From Callorhinchus milii (lineage: Eukaryota), in the NCBI RefSeq assembly GCF_018977255.1, contig NW_024704743.1:21516001-21580000 (forward strand): a stretch of DNA of 64,000 bases. Reading direction: 5' to 3'. Both the position numbers and the translations under genes were made by a program. Position 1 is the first letter of the stretch. Each line of letters opens with the position of its first letter. Of this stretch, positions 35,893-47,906 are shown piece after piece. Under the pieces are notes generated by a model. It worked only from the letters and a program-made list of their open reading frames with translations, did not search any database and had not been told where the DNA came from.

Positions 35893-36652
35893 AAAGTCTG
35901 ATTGTGCTCTGTGCTCATAGTATCTGATGTTAATCTGGTTGGTCTGGGCACAGACAGACATGAAGATGCATAAAATGCACCTGGCATTCATCAACTCCTT
36001 TTTCCCTGTCATGTTTTGCCAATATTCCTTCCCTCTGTCATGTGTGATTTCTTGAATGTCTCCCTCATTTGATGAATGCCTGTCTTATTACACTCCAAAA
36101 CTCTTCTACCTTGTTACTGTAAAGTGCTTTAAGACATTTCGAGACAGCTCTTTCTTTGTCACCCTACTCACAGTCATTGTCTTTGGCTACCTTCTCACAG
36201 TCATTGGCTGCCTTCTAAGTTGAAAAGCTGGAAAGGGGAATTAATTTTAAAAAAGCGACTTAAAAATACAATTACACAGTCACTATGAGGCAAATGGTAT
36301 CCTTGAGAACAGAGAAAATCAGGAACATATTTATTAGTGTGCATTTGAGGAGATGCATGTTATTAATGGGAGGAGGCTAATTCAGTCCACTGAGCCTGTT
36401 TCACTATTTTATTACGATAACAAAAACTTGCATTTATATAGAGAGCTTCACAAGGGGTAGCATCTCGGAGTACTTAAATCTAAATATTAGATTAATACCT
36501 CAATATTAGATATTAGCAGATCTTTTAATGCCAATGTCCCACCGTTTCGCCACACCACTTCATACTTTTACTACCCAAGTATCTGTCTATTGCTTTTAAA
36601 TATCCCTTTCGATTCCACTTCTACAGGTTTCTTGGTCAGAGCATTCCAAATC

Positions 36653-36850
36653 GTGGAGTCCTGTAGTGTATTAGAGGGGGTAATAATCCTTCAAAAATAA
36701 TGATAATCTGGTCACTCAATCTACAACTACTTGAGGGATACTGCTGCGCATGATTGGCTGCCACAAAATATATAGTCAATTCACTTTACAGTATATTCTA
36801 TGAAGCGCTTTGAGACGTCTCAAAGATGTAATAAAGCGCTACATGAAATG
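36653..36850 (+). mobile_element. Internally deleted long-form tRNA-Ala SINE
   Basis: gtggagtcctgtag joined almost directly to ggggtaataatcc and the SINE 3' half. Confidence 0.75.
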
Positions 36851-37190
36851 GGCTGAGCGGCCTATTCTGGTGTACATTTCTATGATTCTATAAAATGTTT
36901 ACTTTTAAAATTATTTTTATTCCAGCATCTGGCAAGCAAGTATGAAATTTGCATTCTTCAAGGGCCAACTAAAGGCGCTCCCATCTTGCGCTAGATAATA
37001 GGGAGCTCCTTTTTATCCTTTTTCCTGCTACAGAAAGCTGAGTGGCTAATATAGAAGCCAGGCCATGGATGACAATATCAAATGCAAGGATTATAATACT
37101 GCATCAAATATATCAAAAGATGAAGTCTCTGACAGGGTAACTAACATTCAAATAGTAACAATTAACGGTTCTGTGCAGTTATTGTGACAG

Positions 37191-37583
37191 TAATAATGAT
37201 AATAATAATAATAATAATAATAAGCCTTGCATTTGATATAGTGCCTTTTCAAGTCTTCGAGACATCTCAAAGCGCTTCACAGAATTTATTATGAAGTGAA
37301 TTGACTGTAAATTTTGTGGGTGTAACGCATCAGCCAATTGTGCACACAAGTGTCCCACAAACAATCATGGATTGAGTGACCAAATTATTATTTTTTTTTG
37401 AAGGGATTGTTACCCCGGAAAGCGATTTGGCTAATCGACTGACAATAGGGCTCCTACTTACTGCTAGGCAAACAAAGGCACATGGAGTAAAGAAACTTGC
37501 CTAAGGTTTCGTCCTGCTGGGAATCATCCCAGGTCCTCCTGCATGCGAGGCGAGTTCTCCAACCACTAAGCTACTGGACACCA
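37191..37583 (-). mobile_element. tRNA-Ala SINE (long form)
   Basis: Full reverse-complement match including the internal block. Confidence 0.9.
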
Positions 37584-37787
37584 TCAAACACCAGTGTTTT
37601 GTATGCCTGAAACTCAGGGTCTTGTGTTGTTTGGGGATGATCTTGGGACCTGTAGGCTGTGCGAGGAAGAGGAGAGATAATCAATAGCATTCCTGCCACT
37701 AATGAGGATTAACTGACTTCTGTTAAGTGCAGAGGTGCAGCTCAGGTCAATGCTGGATTGGGGTTCAGCTGGGCCTCCAATATCTAC

Positions 37788-37840
37788 ACAACAACAACAA
37801 CGAGATTCCATTTATAGAGCGCCTTTCACGTCGGGAGGAC
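37788..37840 (-). mobile_element. Ultra-short (53 bp) young L2 3' terminus
   Basis: Near-identical to the terminus at 57841-57893; truncated inside the stem-loop. Confidence 0.85.
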
Positions 37841-38614
37841 TCTCTGCTTGAGATACAAGAAACAGATGGCTTGAGATACAGGACAGATCCATGGAACTGT
37901 GTTCCTCCTCAAGTCGAAACCTTCAAGAGAGAACCAGAGCAATTACGTTTTTAAAACATTTGATATTAAAAGTTAAAGCTCATAATTGTTTCTTCTCTAT
38001 CTTCTGTGTACCTGAAATCCTGTGTCTGTTCACGTTCAATTTCTGTGTATTGTTAGTAACTCCTTGAGAAGGAGCGCATACCGCACAGGCAAAGCCACTA
38101 AATAGCCACCTTTGTATTATTAATTTGATTTGAGAAATATTAAATTGTTTATTGATAACTTATAAATCAATTATGAAAAAGTCTAGACTTATCGTAATCA
38201 AAGTTTATTGGCTTTACGACGACTCTGATTACGGCAACTTGCCCAAAGTCACTTTGCTTGAATTACATAATAACATTTTGATAAGTGGTTTCCTATTATA
38301 GTTTGATATGAGGATGAATCAGTCTTTGCCAACACACCCAGTTAAAAAAACAATGAAAGAATGAACTTGTATTGTTGGTGCCTTATTATATTGAAACGTC
38401 TCAACACTGAACTTATAATTACAGTCCAGTGCAATGACTGCTTTGTAGATAAACCCAGTCTACATTTGGGCCAGGAAGGACCCACAAAGAGCCAGGAAAT
38501 GAATGACTCATTTTGAGAATTGTTGGCGAGGACATTGGAAGAAACTCCATTTTCTTTTCAAATAATTTAATGGATGTCACCTGGGTATGGTTTCTTCTTC
38601 TACATGTGATCTCA

Positions 38615-38725
38615 CACATGGTCAATTGGGTGTCGGACATAATACGGGAACCCATTACTATGCTTAAGAGTTTCCAAACTGGACTGAGAGTTCCTTGTAT
38701 GCCACCTACATGTGGAAATTTCCCT
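38615..38725 (-). repeat. Unnamed ~110-bp dispersed repeat, copy 2
   Basis: Reverse complement ctctcagtccagtttggaaactcttaagcat...tgtccgacacccaattgacca matches 16245-16315. Confidence 0.65.
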
Positions 38726-39636
38726 ATCTCTAAAATATACATTCTCTTCCAGAGTCTTCAATAATAATAGGCAGGAGCCAAGGCGTGGAGATCCCAGAAT
38801 GTGCATTGGGATACTGCTGGAGATGAAACAGCTAAAACCGCATAGTTTGTCATTGTCTGTCAAGCTTTTTGCTGCTTGTGTAGCTAGGACTACCCTAGCC
38901 ATTAGGATTTGGCTTACAGCGTTAGCGGGAGCTGAGTGGGAAAAATCCCCGCTCGCAGTGACTGCTCTGTCCCTCCAAGTCCTGCTGATGAGCCAGGCTA
39001 GTTGGTCTGTCATCAGTTGTGTTATGGAATCCTGTGGACTTGTCTGGTACAGGAACTGGACTACCAAGACTACCACAGAGGATTGCTTCGATTCCTGGTC
39101 AATGATATCATTTTGGAGCCAGCTCAGTTCCCAGGAGACCCCGCTTACCAATCAAAGTGGATTCCAAACCCTGGATGTATGAACACACGCGCTTCTCAAA
39201 ATCTAATTACATAGGTGCTTACCAACATCTCCCTTTATTAGATTTTGTTGTACAGCAACATTTGTGGCTGCCAATGAAAGCTGAATTAATGGATCTTTTA
39301 TCAGTATTGAAACTGACACTAAATTGGACTATCTTAAAACTATAGAAAAAGCAAGACTTATCTGCTGACTTCTATTGATGCCTGTGCTTAGAATTGGCTT
39401 AGTTGCTGTTTCATTTAATGTGTGGTAATTCACTGCCACTATAGCTTTCCAGAAAATGGACTCTGGCTGGGGGTAATTGTGTTATCAATGAAAGTAAAAT
39501 ATTGCTCTTGGCTGAAAGCAACAGTGACATTAGTAAGCACCAGCATAGTCCCAAAGATATTATATGTATAATGTATTTTCCATTATTTCCATATTAGCAA
39601 CATGAATTTGTGTAAAAAATATTCTTGCACAACTGT

Positions 39637-40046
39637 AATAATAATCCTTCCATTTGTTACAGCACATTTCACATCAGGAGCACATTTCAAAGCGCTTCAC
39701 AGGATTTTCTGTAAGCTGTAATGGTAATTGTACATTTTGTAGGCAAATGTGGCAGCCAATTTACACACGGCAGTATCCCACAAACAGCCATGACGTGAAT
39801 GATTAATTTTATTCAGAGGATTGTTGGCCAGGAGAAACTGCTTTCTTTTTTCGAATAATGTCAATGGATCTTTAATTTCCACCTGAACAGGAGCTAAGTT
39901 TAACATTTCATCTAAAGGATAGCACCCGCCACAATCGAGTGGTTCTCCCAGCACTGCATTGGAGTGTCAGTCTTGACGTGGGACTTGAACCCACAACATT
40001 TTGACTCAGAGACAAGAGTGCAACCAACTGAGCCAGGCTGGTGCCT
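39637..40046 (-). mobile_element. Full-length Deu-type SINE
   Basis: Reverse-complement head (ggcaccagcctggctcagttgg...gggttcaagtccc), Deu core and tail. Confidence 0.85.
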
Positions 40047-40634
40047 AAATTATATCAAAACAGGGAGAAGAGCCACATGACTCTTGTAACATTTTTACCA
40101 CAATGGTGTCACATGGGCAAGTGACATGCCTTTCAATGAAATTTACATAATTGTGACATGTGTTCGTAAAGAAATAAAACATTTGCCAAACATTTTTTCC
40201 CACAAAGGCAATGCTCCTTTAATTGTACTTGCCTGTTGGCGTGTTTGGCATCCTACAGATTTCAGGCATTCACTTCCTGGAAGGCTGAGGGTGAAATGAT
40301 TACATCTTGAGTGGGAGTAATTCATTAAATCACAAGAAATCACAGATATTCATTTTACATAAGTGCACACATGGTGCTGAAGATTGGTGCTGTCAATGTG
40401 TAAATTTTCTGCTACACCCATGCAAGCATCCTTAAAAAGTTTCTATCTTACAAGCTGTTTGTGCATAGGCCATGTTTATTCTCTGTTCCAAGTGAGCCTT
40501 ATGTCTATATAAAGGTACCACCTACATTACTTAGGAAGATAATCACACATGTCTCCACAATACTTCCTCTTTTCTGAGTGCAGAGCTACTGGCCTGAAGC
40601 CCCAAATATCTGATAGTCCTAACAATTAAGCACA

Positions 40635-40950
40635 AAAACAAATTACATTTGTATAACGCCTTTTACATCAGGAGGACATCCCAAGGTGCTTGATAGACAA
40701 GGATTTGGACCTAAGCTAAGTGTTGGGATCAGGAAGGGTGGAGGGCATGAAGGGTAGGGGTAGGAAGGTGTGGTTGGAGAAGTGGGTCAAGATGGACCTT
40801 GATGGAGGCAAGGGAGGGGCTGATGAGAAGGGACTGTGGGATGGAGTTTCAAAGTGTGGGGGCAGAAAAGCTGAAGGCCAGACCGCCAATGGTGGGTAGG
40901 CAGGGCGAATCACATGGAGCAAGCAGGAGCCTGCTGAGCAGGTAAAGATC
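40635..40950 (-). mobile_element. L2 3' end
   Basis: PTIGGLAFSFSAPTL; stem-loop tail. Confidence 0.8.
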
Positions 40951-41466
40951 AGGAAAATTTGGGCTTGAGTAATTTACAATGCTTCCAAATTCTGAAAAAA
41001 CCTTGGCATTAGAGCACAGGGTGCTACAATTTCTCACGCATACTCATGAGGAAGTGGAAGCCACATATAAAATTACAGATAATCTGTGAAAGGTACAGCG
41101 AAGCAGCCTTGAAAACAATCTGTGAAATGGTTCATCTGTCATGACAGATGACAGGAATGTCACGAGAAATGCTGACACCTTGCATTAAGTAGCCTTTGGA
41201 AAAGATCACACAAGAGCTTCAAACTGCAAGAATGTATTTTATGTCCAAAAAATATTTTCAAAAGCCATATTGAAATGGAATTGTTTCCTGAATGATTGTG
41301 CCTGAGGTGCATTACGTGTTAGTCTAGCTCAGTTGATGGTTATCACATTGTGGAACATTCCATTCCACTCCTTGAGATGTCTGAGTCATTAGTTCAATAG
41401 GCACAGAGCTTCCTCCATCGTGTATTGGTCTTTACTTATGTCTGACAATGAAGGAATGATTCCGCC

Positions 41467-41587
41467 ATAGCATCAAGATGTCTCAAATAGCACCTTATCG
41501 CGTCATCGTGATTTATCAAATAGCATCTTACCATGTTATCGAGATATCTCAAATAGCATCATATCAGGTAATTGAGATGTCTGAAAT
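41467..41587. repeat. 33-bp minisatellite, ~3.5 diverged units
   Basis: Units start caaatagca at 41484, 41517 and 41550. Confidence 0.85.
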
Positions 41588-41667
41588 CAGTTCACTTCAT
41601 TGGCTGTTTGTGGAACATTGCTGTGCACAAATTGGCTACATTCGCCCAGAAATACTTACAATCACTG

Positions 41668-42025
41668 TAATAATAATAATAATAAGAATAATCCTTGCAT
41701 TTGATATAGCGCCTTATCTTGTCTTCGAGACATCTCAAAGCACTTCACAGAATATACTGTAAAATGAATTGACTGTATATTTTGTGGGTGAAATGCGGCA
41801 GCCAATTTCGCACATTGAGTGACCAAATTATTATTTTTTAAGGGATTATTACCCCCGGAAAAGCGATCCGCCAATCGACTAACAACTGGGTTCCGGCTTA
41901 CTGCTAGGTAAACTGAGGCGTGTGGAGTCAGGAAACTTGCCCAACGTTTCGTCCTGCTGGAAATAGAACCCAGCCCTTCTCGTTTGCGAGGAGAGTGCTC
42001 TAACCACTGAGCTACAGGACTCCAC
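41668..42025 (-). mobile_element. tRNA-Ala SINE (long form)
   Basis: Full head ending gctacaggactccac on the plus strand; small internal deletion. Confidence 0.92.
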
Positions 42026-42039
42026 AGTACTTTTAACTG

Positions 42040-42322
42040 CAGTGACTGTGTATTTCTGGGTGAAAGCAGCAGCTAATTTGTGCACAGCCATGTTCCACAA
42101 AGCAATGTTCCACAAATAGGCAGTGAAATGAGTGACCAACTTAATTTGGGTGGTGGGGGAAGCATTTGTTGGCCAGGACACCAGTAGAAACTCTCTTCTT
42201 TTTTTGAATAGTGCCATAGGATCTTCAATGCCCACCTGAACAAGCCTTGGATTAATGTCTCATTCGAAAGATGACACCTCCAACAATGCAGTACACCTCA
42301 GCACAGCACCAGAGTGTCAGCT
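42040..42322 (-). mobile_element. Deu-type SINE body
   Basis: ggccaggacacc...aatagtgccataggatctt...cacctgaaca...gaaagatgacacctcc. Confidence 0.82.
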
Positions 42323-42464
42323 TCCTGTTTAACAGTTGAATGGAAACACTGATTCTGTATTGCTTATCCATGTGCTTAATTTATTGCCTCTTTACATGTA
42401 TATGAAGCTACTTTCTGCACATGAGAGGATGGCTCCTGTGAGTGTTTGTACTAAGAGCGCTGCT

Positions 42465-42860
42465 GGGAGAAAATTCTTTGCACAGAAGGTGGTTGAATTG
42501 CAGGAATTCTCTTGTCACAAACCGTTGTTGAAGCAGATTTCATAAATTCTTTCAGTAAAGAATTGGGTAAATGATTGAGGAAGAAGAATATTGAAGGTAT
42601 ATAATAATAATAATAATCCTTGCATTTAATATAGTGCTTTTCACGTCTTCTAGACGTCTCAAAGCGCTTCACAGAATATACTGTAAAGTGAATTGACTGT
42701 ATATTTGTGGGTGAAACACAGCAGCTAATTGCACAGAGCAGTGTCCCACAAATAGCTGTGGATTGAAGAGACCAATTTATTATTGTCTTTTTTCTTCAGG
42801 GATTATTATCAGGCGTGTGGAGTAAGGTATGGGGACAAAGCAGGAGTGTGGCATCAGACA
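42465..42860 (+). mobile_element. CR1 3' fragment interrupted by a SINE
   Basis: GRKFFAQKVVEL; gaaggtat...ggggacaaagcagg continues across the insert. Confidence 0.7.
42601..42827 (-). mobile_element. tRNA-Ala SINE (short form), 5'-truncated, with a 7-bp TSD
   Basis: aaggtat at 42594-42600 and 42824-42830. Confidence 0.92.
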
Positions 42861-43479
42861 ACACAATTACTTATATTTGTACAGTGACGTTTGTATCAGG
42901 AGGATATCTCAAAGTGCTGAACAACGCTGACTAGGAGTCTGAGCTCAGGGTGGTGGGAATGAGGATCTCTGTGGGAGGAGGGTGGGGGGTACGGGGAAGG
43001 TGGGTAAGTTGGCTGAAAGCACAGTTGAGGGAAAGCCAAGGGAGAAAGAGCCTGGATATTGGATTTGAAGGACAATTGGGGATTGCACTGGCTCCATGAG
43101 ATGGAGTGAACATTCGTGCAGATCAATGCGATCAGTGCCTGAGGTGAGAAAGCGTTGACATGAGACCAGCTTTTGTTGACATTATTGTAATTCTGAGAAT
43201 CCTAATCCCGGGATCCTGTATGGTAATGGTGCTCACAAAATCCCAGGATTCATTGAAGAGAATCTCGGACTTTGGGGACTGTGTGTAAAGGCTGAGTCCA
43301 TGGGAAAGGGAGGGCGGGTCTTCCCACTGCACAGGAAGCAGGCCACAAGTTCCTGTGAGGATGAGCTGGCGGGAGTGGACCGGCAGGCGTTTGAACCTCT
43401 CGAGTGCCCTCCCCATGAAGGGGCTTCTCTCTGAGGTACTCCGCTAGTGCTGTGCTGTAACCATCTGTCATATGATAAA

Positions 43480-43760
43480 GTGAAATCTGTAGCTTAGTAG
43501 TTGGAGCACTCGCCTCGCAAGCGAGAGACCTGGGTTTGATTCCCAGCAGGGCACAATGTTGGACAAGTTTCCTTACTCCACACATCTGTTTACTTTGCAG
43601 TAAGTAGGAACCCAGCTGTTAGTCGATTGGCGGATCGCTTTTTCAGGGGTAATAATTCCTTCAAAATAAATTAAAATAATTTGGTCACTCAATCCACAAC
43701 CATCTGTGGGACACTGCTGTGCGCAATTGGCTGCCGCGTTTCGCCCACAAAATATACAGT
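43480..43760 (+). mobile_element. Long-form tRNA-Ala SINE lacking its tail (left arm of palindrome)
   Basis: Head to aatatacagt. Confidence 0.92.
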
Positions 43761-43768
43761 TTACAAAC

Positions 43769-44040
43769 TGACTGTATATTTATGGGCGAAATGCGGCAGC
43801 CAATTGCACACAGCAGTGTCCCACAAACAGTCGTGGATTGAGTGACCAATTTTTTTTGAGTGATTATTATCCCTGGAAAGGCAATCCGCCAATCGACTAA
43901 CAGCCGGGTTCCTACTTACTGCAAAGTAAACAGACATGTAGAGTAAGGAAACTTGTCCAACATTTCGCCCTGCTGGGAATAAAACCCAGGTCTCTCGCTT
44001 GCGAGGCGAGTGCTCCAACCACTGAGCTACAGGACTCCAC
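43769..44040 (-). mobile_element. Long-form tRNA-Ala SINE lacking its tail (right arm of palindrome)
   Basis: Reverse complement of the left arm. Confidence 0.92.
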
Positions 44041-45355
44041 TGCACTAAAGTCCACTAAAGTGATTTAAACAGTCATTTAAAAAGATTTCTCAGACAGACA
44101 AGACCAAAACAGTTAACAGGATAAAATTGGAAACTGTTACATGCAATATGGGGAAAAAAATAGTCCTGGCACTGCAAACACCTAAGGGGCCACTAGGCCT
44201 CTGAAATAAATACGTCTCAAGTTTTAATTAGCAGATTGTAGTAATTTTACATTGGCTAACCAAAAAAAGACCATTGTACTTATTAATTCCAGTCACTGGG
44301 AAACAATCTAGAACCTTGGGTGATTTCTTCCCTTTTTCCTGAGGCCAAATCTAGCACTATTGTCTGGGAGCAGCCAACTCCACACAGACAAGGGATTGAA
44401 TTTGGGGCTTTCTGACAAATATTACTCTCTAATGCACTTAAAGTGGGTTTATCCATCGAGGCATCAGTAACCTTGTGTTTTCTTATTTTATAATTTGGTT
44501 ATTAATCATAGGGAATAGTGAGTCATTTACAGCTAAACTACAAGAAATAAAGGTACGAGTGAGAGTTGGCAGGTTATACACTAAATTCAGGTACCAATAA
44601 ATTAATTCCAATAAATTTATGTTGAATGGAGATAGAAAATAAAAGAACATGATGGAGATACAAGAGGAAAGGAAGGCAAGCCATTATATCTGACTTAAAG
44701 ATGTCTCTAGTTTATTCTACTTAAGTCCTACAATGAACACATTTATAACCATGTGTTTAATGCACTGATCCTTAAACCTAAATTATATATAACCATGTTG
44801 ACAAACCTGATTCAGCTACCAGTCCTCTTAGATTATTGGAAAAACAATCACAATTGAGAAAAGATTTTATGACATGAAAATAATTCTAACTTTGAAAGAA
44901 CAATTGCAATCTCCAGAAGAGTATGAAAAGACTTTGAAAACATACAGGGCTGGAAACCATTAAGGATCTGCTGGCACCAAGCAATGTCCCCATATTGCAA
45001 TTCCCAGATGTGTAATGTACAACATATGAGTTTCAGATGGGCCTCCCATCCAAAGACGTCTAATGAACGTCTGAAAAAGAATCTAATCCAGAGATGTCTA
45101 GAAGAATGTCCAATCCTTTATACATTTGCTGGACTTAGAGCTTCCTGATGCCAAAAGCATTTTACTCATATAAATGCATCAGATGAGAGGATACCACTAA
45201 TCAAACACAAGTGAATGTCCTATGTAAAGATGTGTGCAGAATTAAGATATGTTTACCAGTGTAAGTGCATGTATGGTTGTCTCTACAGGAGATGGGTAGA
45301 TATCTGTACAGTGAAACTGACTCTGTCCGCACTCACTCACTCACTTCACACGGGG

Positions 45356-45387
45356 AGAAGAGGAGGAGGAGGAGGAGGAGGAGGAGA
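45356..45387. repeat. (GGA)n microsatellite
   Basis: About 8 perfect GGA units. Confidence 0.9.
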
Positions 45388-45663
45388 TGACAAGTGGTGG
45401 ATTCACAGCCTCAGAGGAAAGGGTCAGAAACACAACAAAAGGTTGTGGGGTCCCTGAGCTCACAGCCCAGACTGACCCTCCCAGTTCACTGTTGGGGTGA
45501 GCACCACATGGTCAGAGGAACAATCAATCACATGTTTGGGATGTTAGCAGCGAACAGAGAATGGAGTCTCTCTATCTCTCTCTCCCACTATCCTGGCTAT
45601 CAATCCCCTTAAACTATTTGTGGGACCTTTCTGTGTGCAAAATGTAGCTCGACTCTAAAGCTC

Positions 45664-45979
45664 GTGGAGTCCTGTAGCTCAGTGGTTAGAGCACTCGCTT
45701 TGCAAGCGAGAGACCTGAGTTCAATTCCAGGCAGAGGGCGAAACCTTGGGCAAGTTTCCTTACTCCACACAGAGCCTAATAATAATCCCTCCAAAAAAAA
45801 AAAAAAATTTGTCATTTTCAATCTACAACTGTTTCTGGGACATTGCTGTGCACAATTGGCTGCCGCGTTCGCCCACAAATATACAGTCAATTCACTTTAC
45901 AGTATATTCTTTGAAGCGCTTTGGGACGTCTAGAAGATGTGAAAAGCGCTATATCAAATGCAAGGATTATTATTATTAT
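45664..45979 (+). mobile_element. Full-length tRNA-Ala SINE (short form)
   Basis: Complete head and tail; TAGAA loop. Confidence 0.95.
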
Positions 45980-46124
45980 CATAACTCATTTGTTACATAT
46001 CAAACTGTACTTGTAAATGCTGTACCTAGTCCTAGAGATTCAATAATAACTTTCAAAAGGGAATTAGATACGTGATACTTGAAAAGGACTTGAAAACTTA
46101 TTTGAAAAGAAAAAAATATTTTTT

Positions 46125-46315
46125 TTCAGCCTTCAGCCACTCTGCCCCCACCCTCTACAACTCCATCCTGCAGTCCCTCCGCCTCGCCCCCTCCCTTACC
46201 TCCTTCAAGACCCATCTCAAGACCCTCCTCTTCAACCATGCCTTCGAGCACCCTCCTCCCCTCCTGCCCTTCATTCCCCCGATTCTGACCCTCAGCTCAG
46301 GTCCGAAACACTGAT
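46125..46315 (+). mobile_element. L2 3' fragment
   Basis: AFSHSAPTLYNSILQSLRLAPSLTSFKTHLKTLLF. Confidence 0.85.
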
Positions 46316-46904
46316 TGTCTATGACTGTATTTTGTAGACAAACGCGGCAGCCAATTTGTGCACATCGATGTCCCACAAACGGCCTTATGGTATGTTCTAT
46401 CTAGTGTTGGATCTTTGAACATCGGTAAACAGGAGGCAATTAAATCCACTGATCTTCTTCCACCAGTTTATTACATCTTGGCAGATCTTTACTAATCCGA
46501 ATGCCCCACTCTTTGATGTGCTGAATGTGATATAAAATGTTGTAAGATCTCTCCTTTTCAGCTAAAAACAGAGAGGGTAATGGCGTGCAGTGAAACGGAA
46601 GTTGACGGTGCAGAATGGTGGGAGTTGGGTCTGCCAAAGGTTAGGACTGTGAAGCCATTAGTACACCACTGAAGACGCCTTTAAAGATTTCAGGAGAGAA
46701 TAACAGGGTTTCAACAGAAAGAGCGGGAAATGGAGCACAGAGTGTTTACCGTTTGCACTCTGATCTCCTTCACCATTCCACATCTCTCTCCTCAACCACC
46801 CTGCAATCTTCCCTAATTCCAGCCCCCACCCCCCTCCCGCCGCCTCATTGGGCCCAGCTACGCTAATCTTCTGCTTTTCATCTCTCCTTAACACCCCTAC
46901 TGCA

Positions 46905-47205
46905 CAAGTATCTATTTCCCTTTTAAACATCTCTATTGATTGTACCATTATGGCTTTCAGGGACAGAGCCTTCCACATCTTCCTAACATTCTGTGTGTTG
47001 AATGTTTCATGACCTCAGTTCTAACTGTCTTAGTTCTGATTTGAAGGCTATGCTCCGTTGTAATGGATCCCTCCACCACAGGGAAGAGTCATCCATGATC
47101 CAACATGTCAATTCCTTTTATTGTTGTGAATACCTCAAATCACTCCTTAAACTAAAGAATATAATTTCAGAATATAATCCAGTCTACACAGCCTCTCATC
47201 ATAGC
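46905..47205 (-). mobile_element. CR1 ORF2 C-terminal fragment
   Basis: MWKALSLKAIMVQSIEMFKREIDT. Confidence 0.7.
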
Positions 47206-47379
47206 TAAACAGGTGAGAAGTATGGAAAGACCACAGATAATAAACAATAATAACAACAATTATAATAATCTTTACGTCTTTCACATCAGAAGGATATCTT
47301 AAAGCGCTTCACAGGATTCCCTACAAAGTGTGCATTCTGGAGGCAAATGACCAGGGGTTTAATAAATATTATGATATAG

Positions 47380-47727
47380 TAATAATTTGATATACCGCCT
47401 TATCACGTTTTCGTGACATCTCAAAGTGCTTCATAGAATGTACTGTAAAGTGAATTGACTATATTTTGTGAGTGAAACACGGCAGCCAATTGCACATAGC
47501 AGTATCCCACAAACAGCCGTAAATTGAGTGACCAATTTTTAAAAAAAATAAATTATTACCCCCGGAAAAGCGATCCGCCAATCAACTAACAACCGGGTTC
47601 CTACTTACTGCTAGGTAAGCAGAGGTGTGCGGAGTAAAGAAACTTGCCCAACATTTAGCCCTGCCAGGAATTGAACCCATGTTTCTCACATGCGAGGCAA
47701 GTGGTCTAACTGAGCTACAAACTCCAC
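47380..47727 (-). mobile_element. tRNA-Ala SINE (long form)
   Basis: Reverse-complement match including the internal block. Confidence 0.9.
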
Positions 47728-47906
47728 TTATGGTTGGTAAGTGCATTTCTTTTCAGTACGGGAATTATTATCTCAAGAGCTGATGAATTCAATTGATGGG
47801 AAGCTTTCATCTCAACCACTTTTAAACAAGAGTCACTACAAATGAAAATGCTTTCAATGCTTCTCTGTGCACTCCATAATCACATGATGATATTATAAAA
47901 CACCAC

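Noticed and set aside
41467..41587. CRISPR-like array of 33-bp repeats
   Set aside because: Units are contiguous with no spacers, there are no cas genes, the context is eukaryotic and the unit derives from the SINE tail.
43132..43585. GC-richer segment with ~100-aa ORFs and a GC box
   Set aside because: One ORF starts inside a SINE; neither has homology or splice support.
45664..46075. Recurrent ORFs such as [16 protein letters not shown] and [22 protein letters not shown]
   Set aside because: They are translations of the SINE and its (ATT)n tail, not a gene family.
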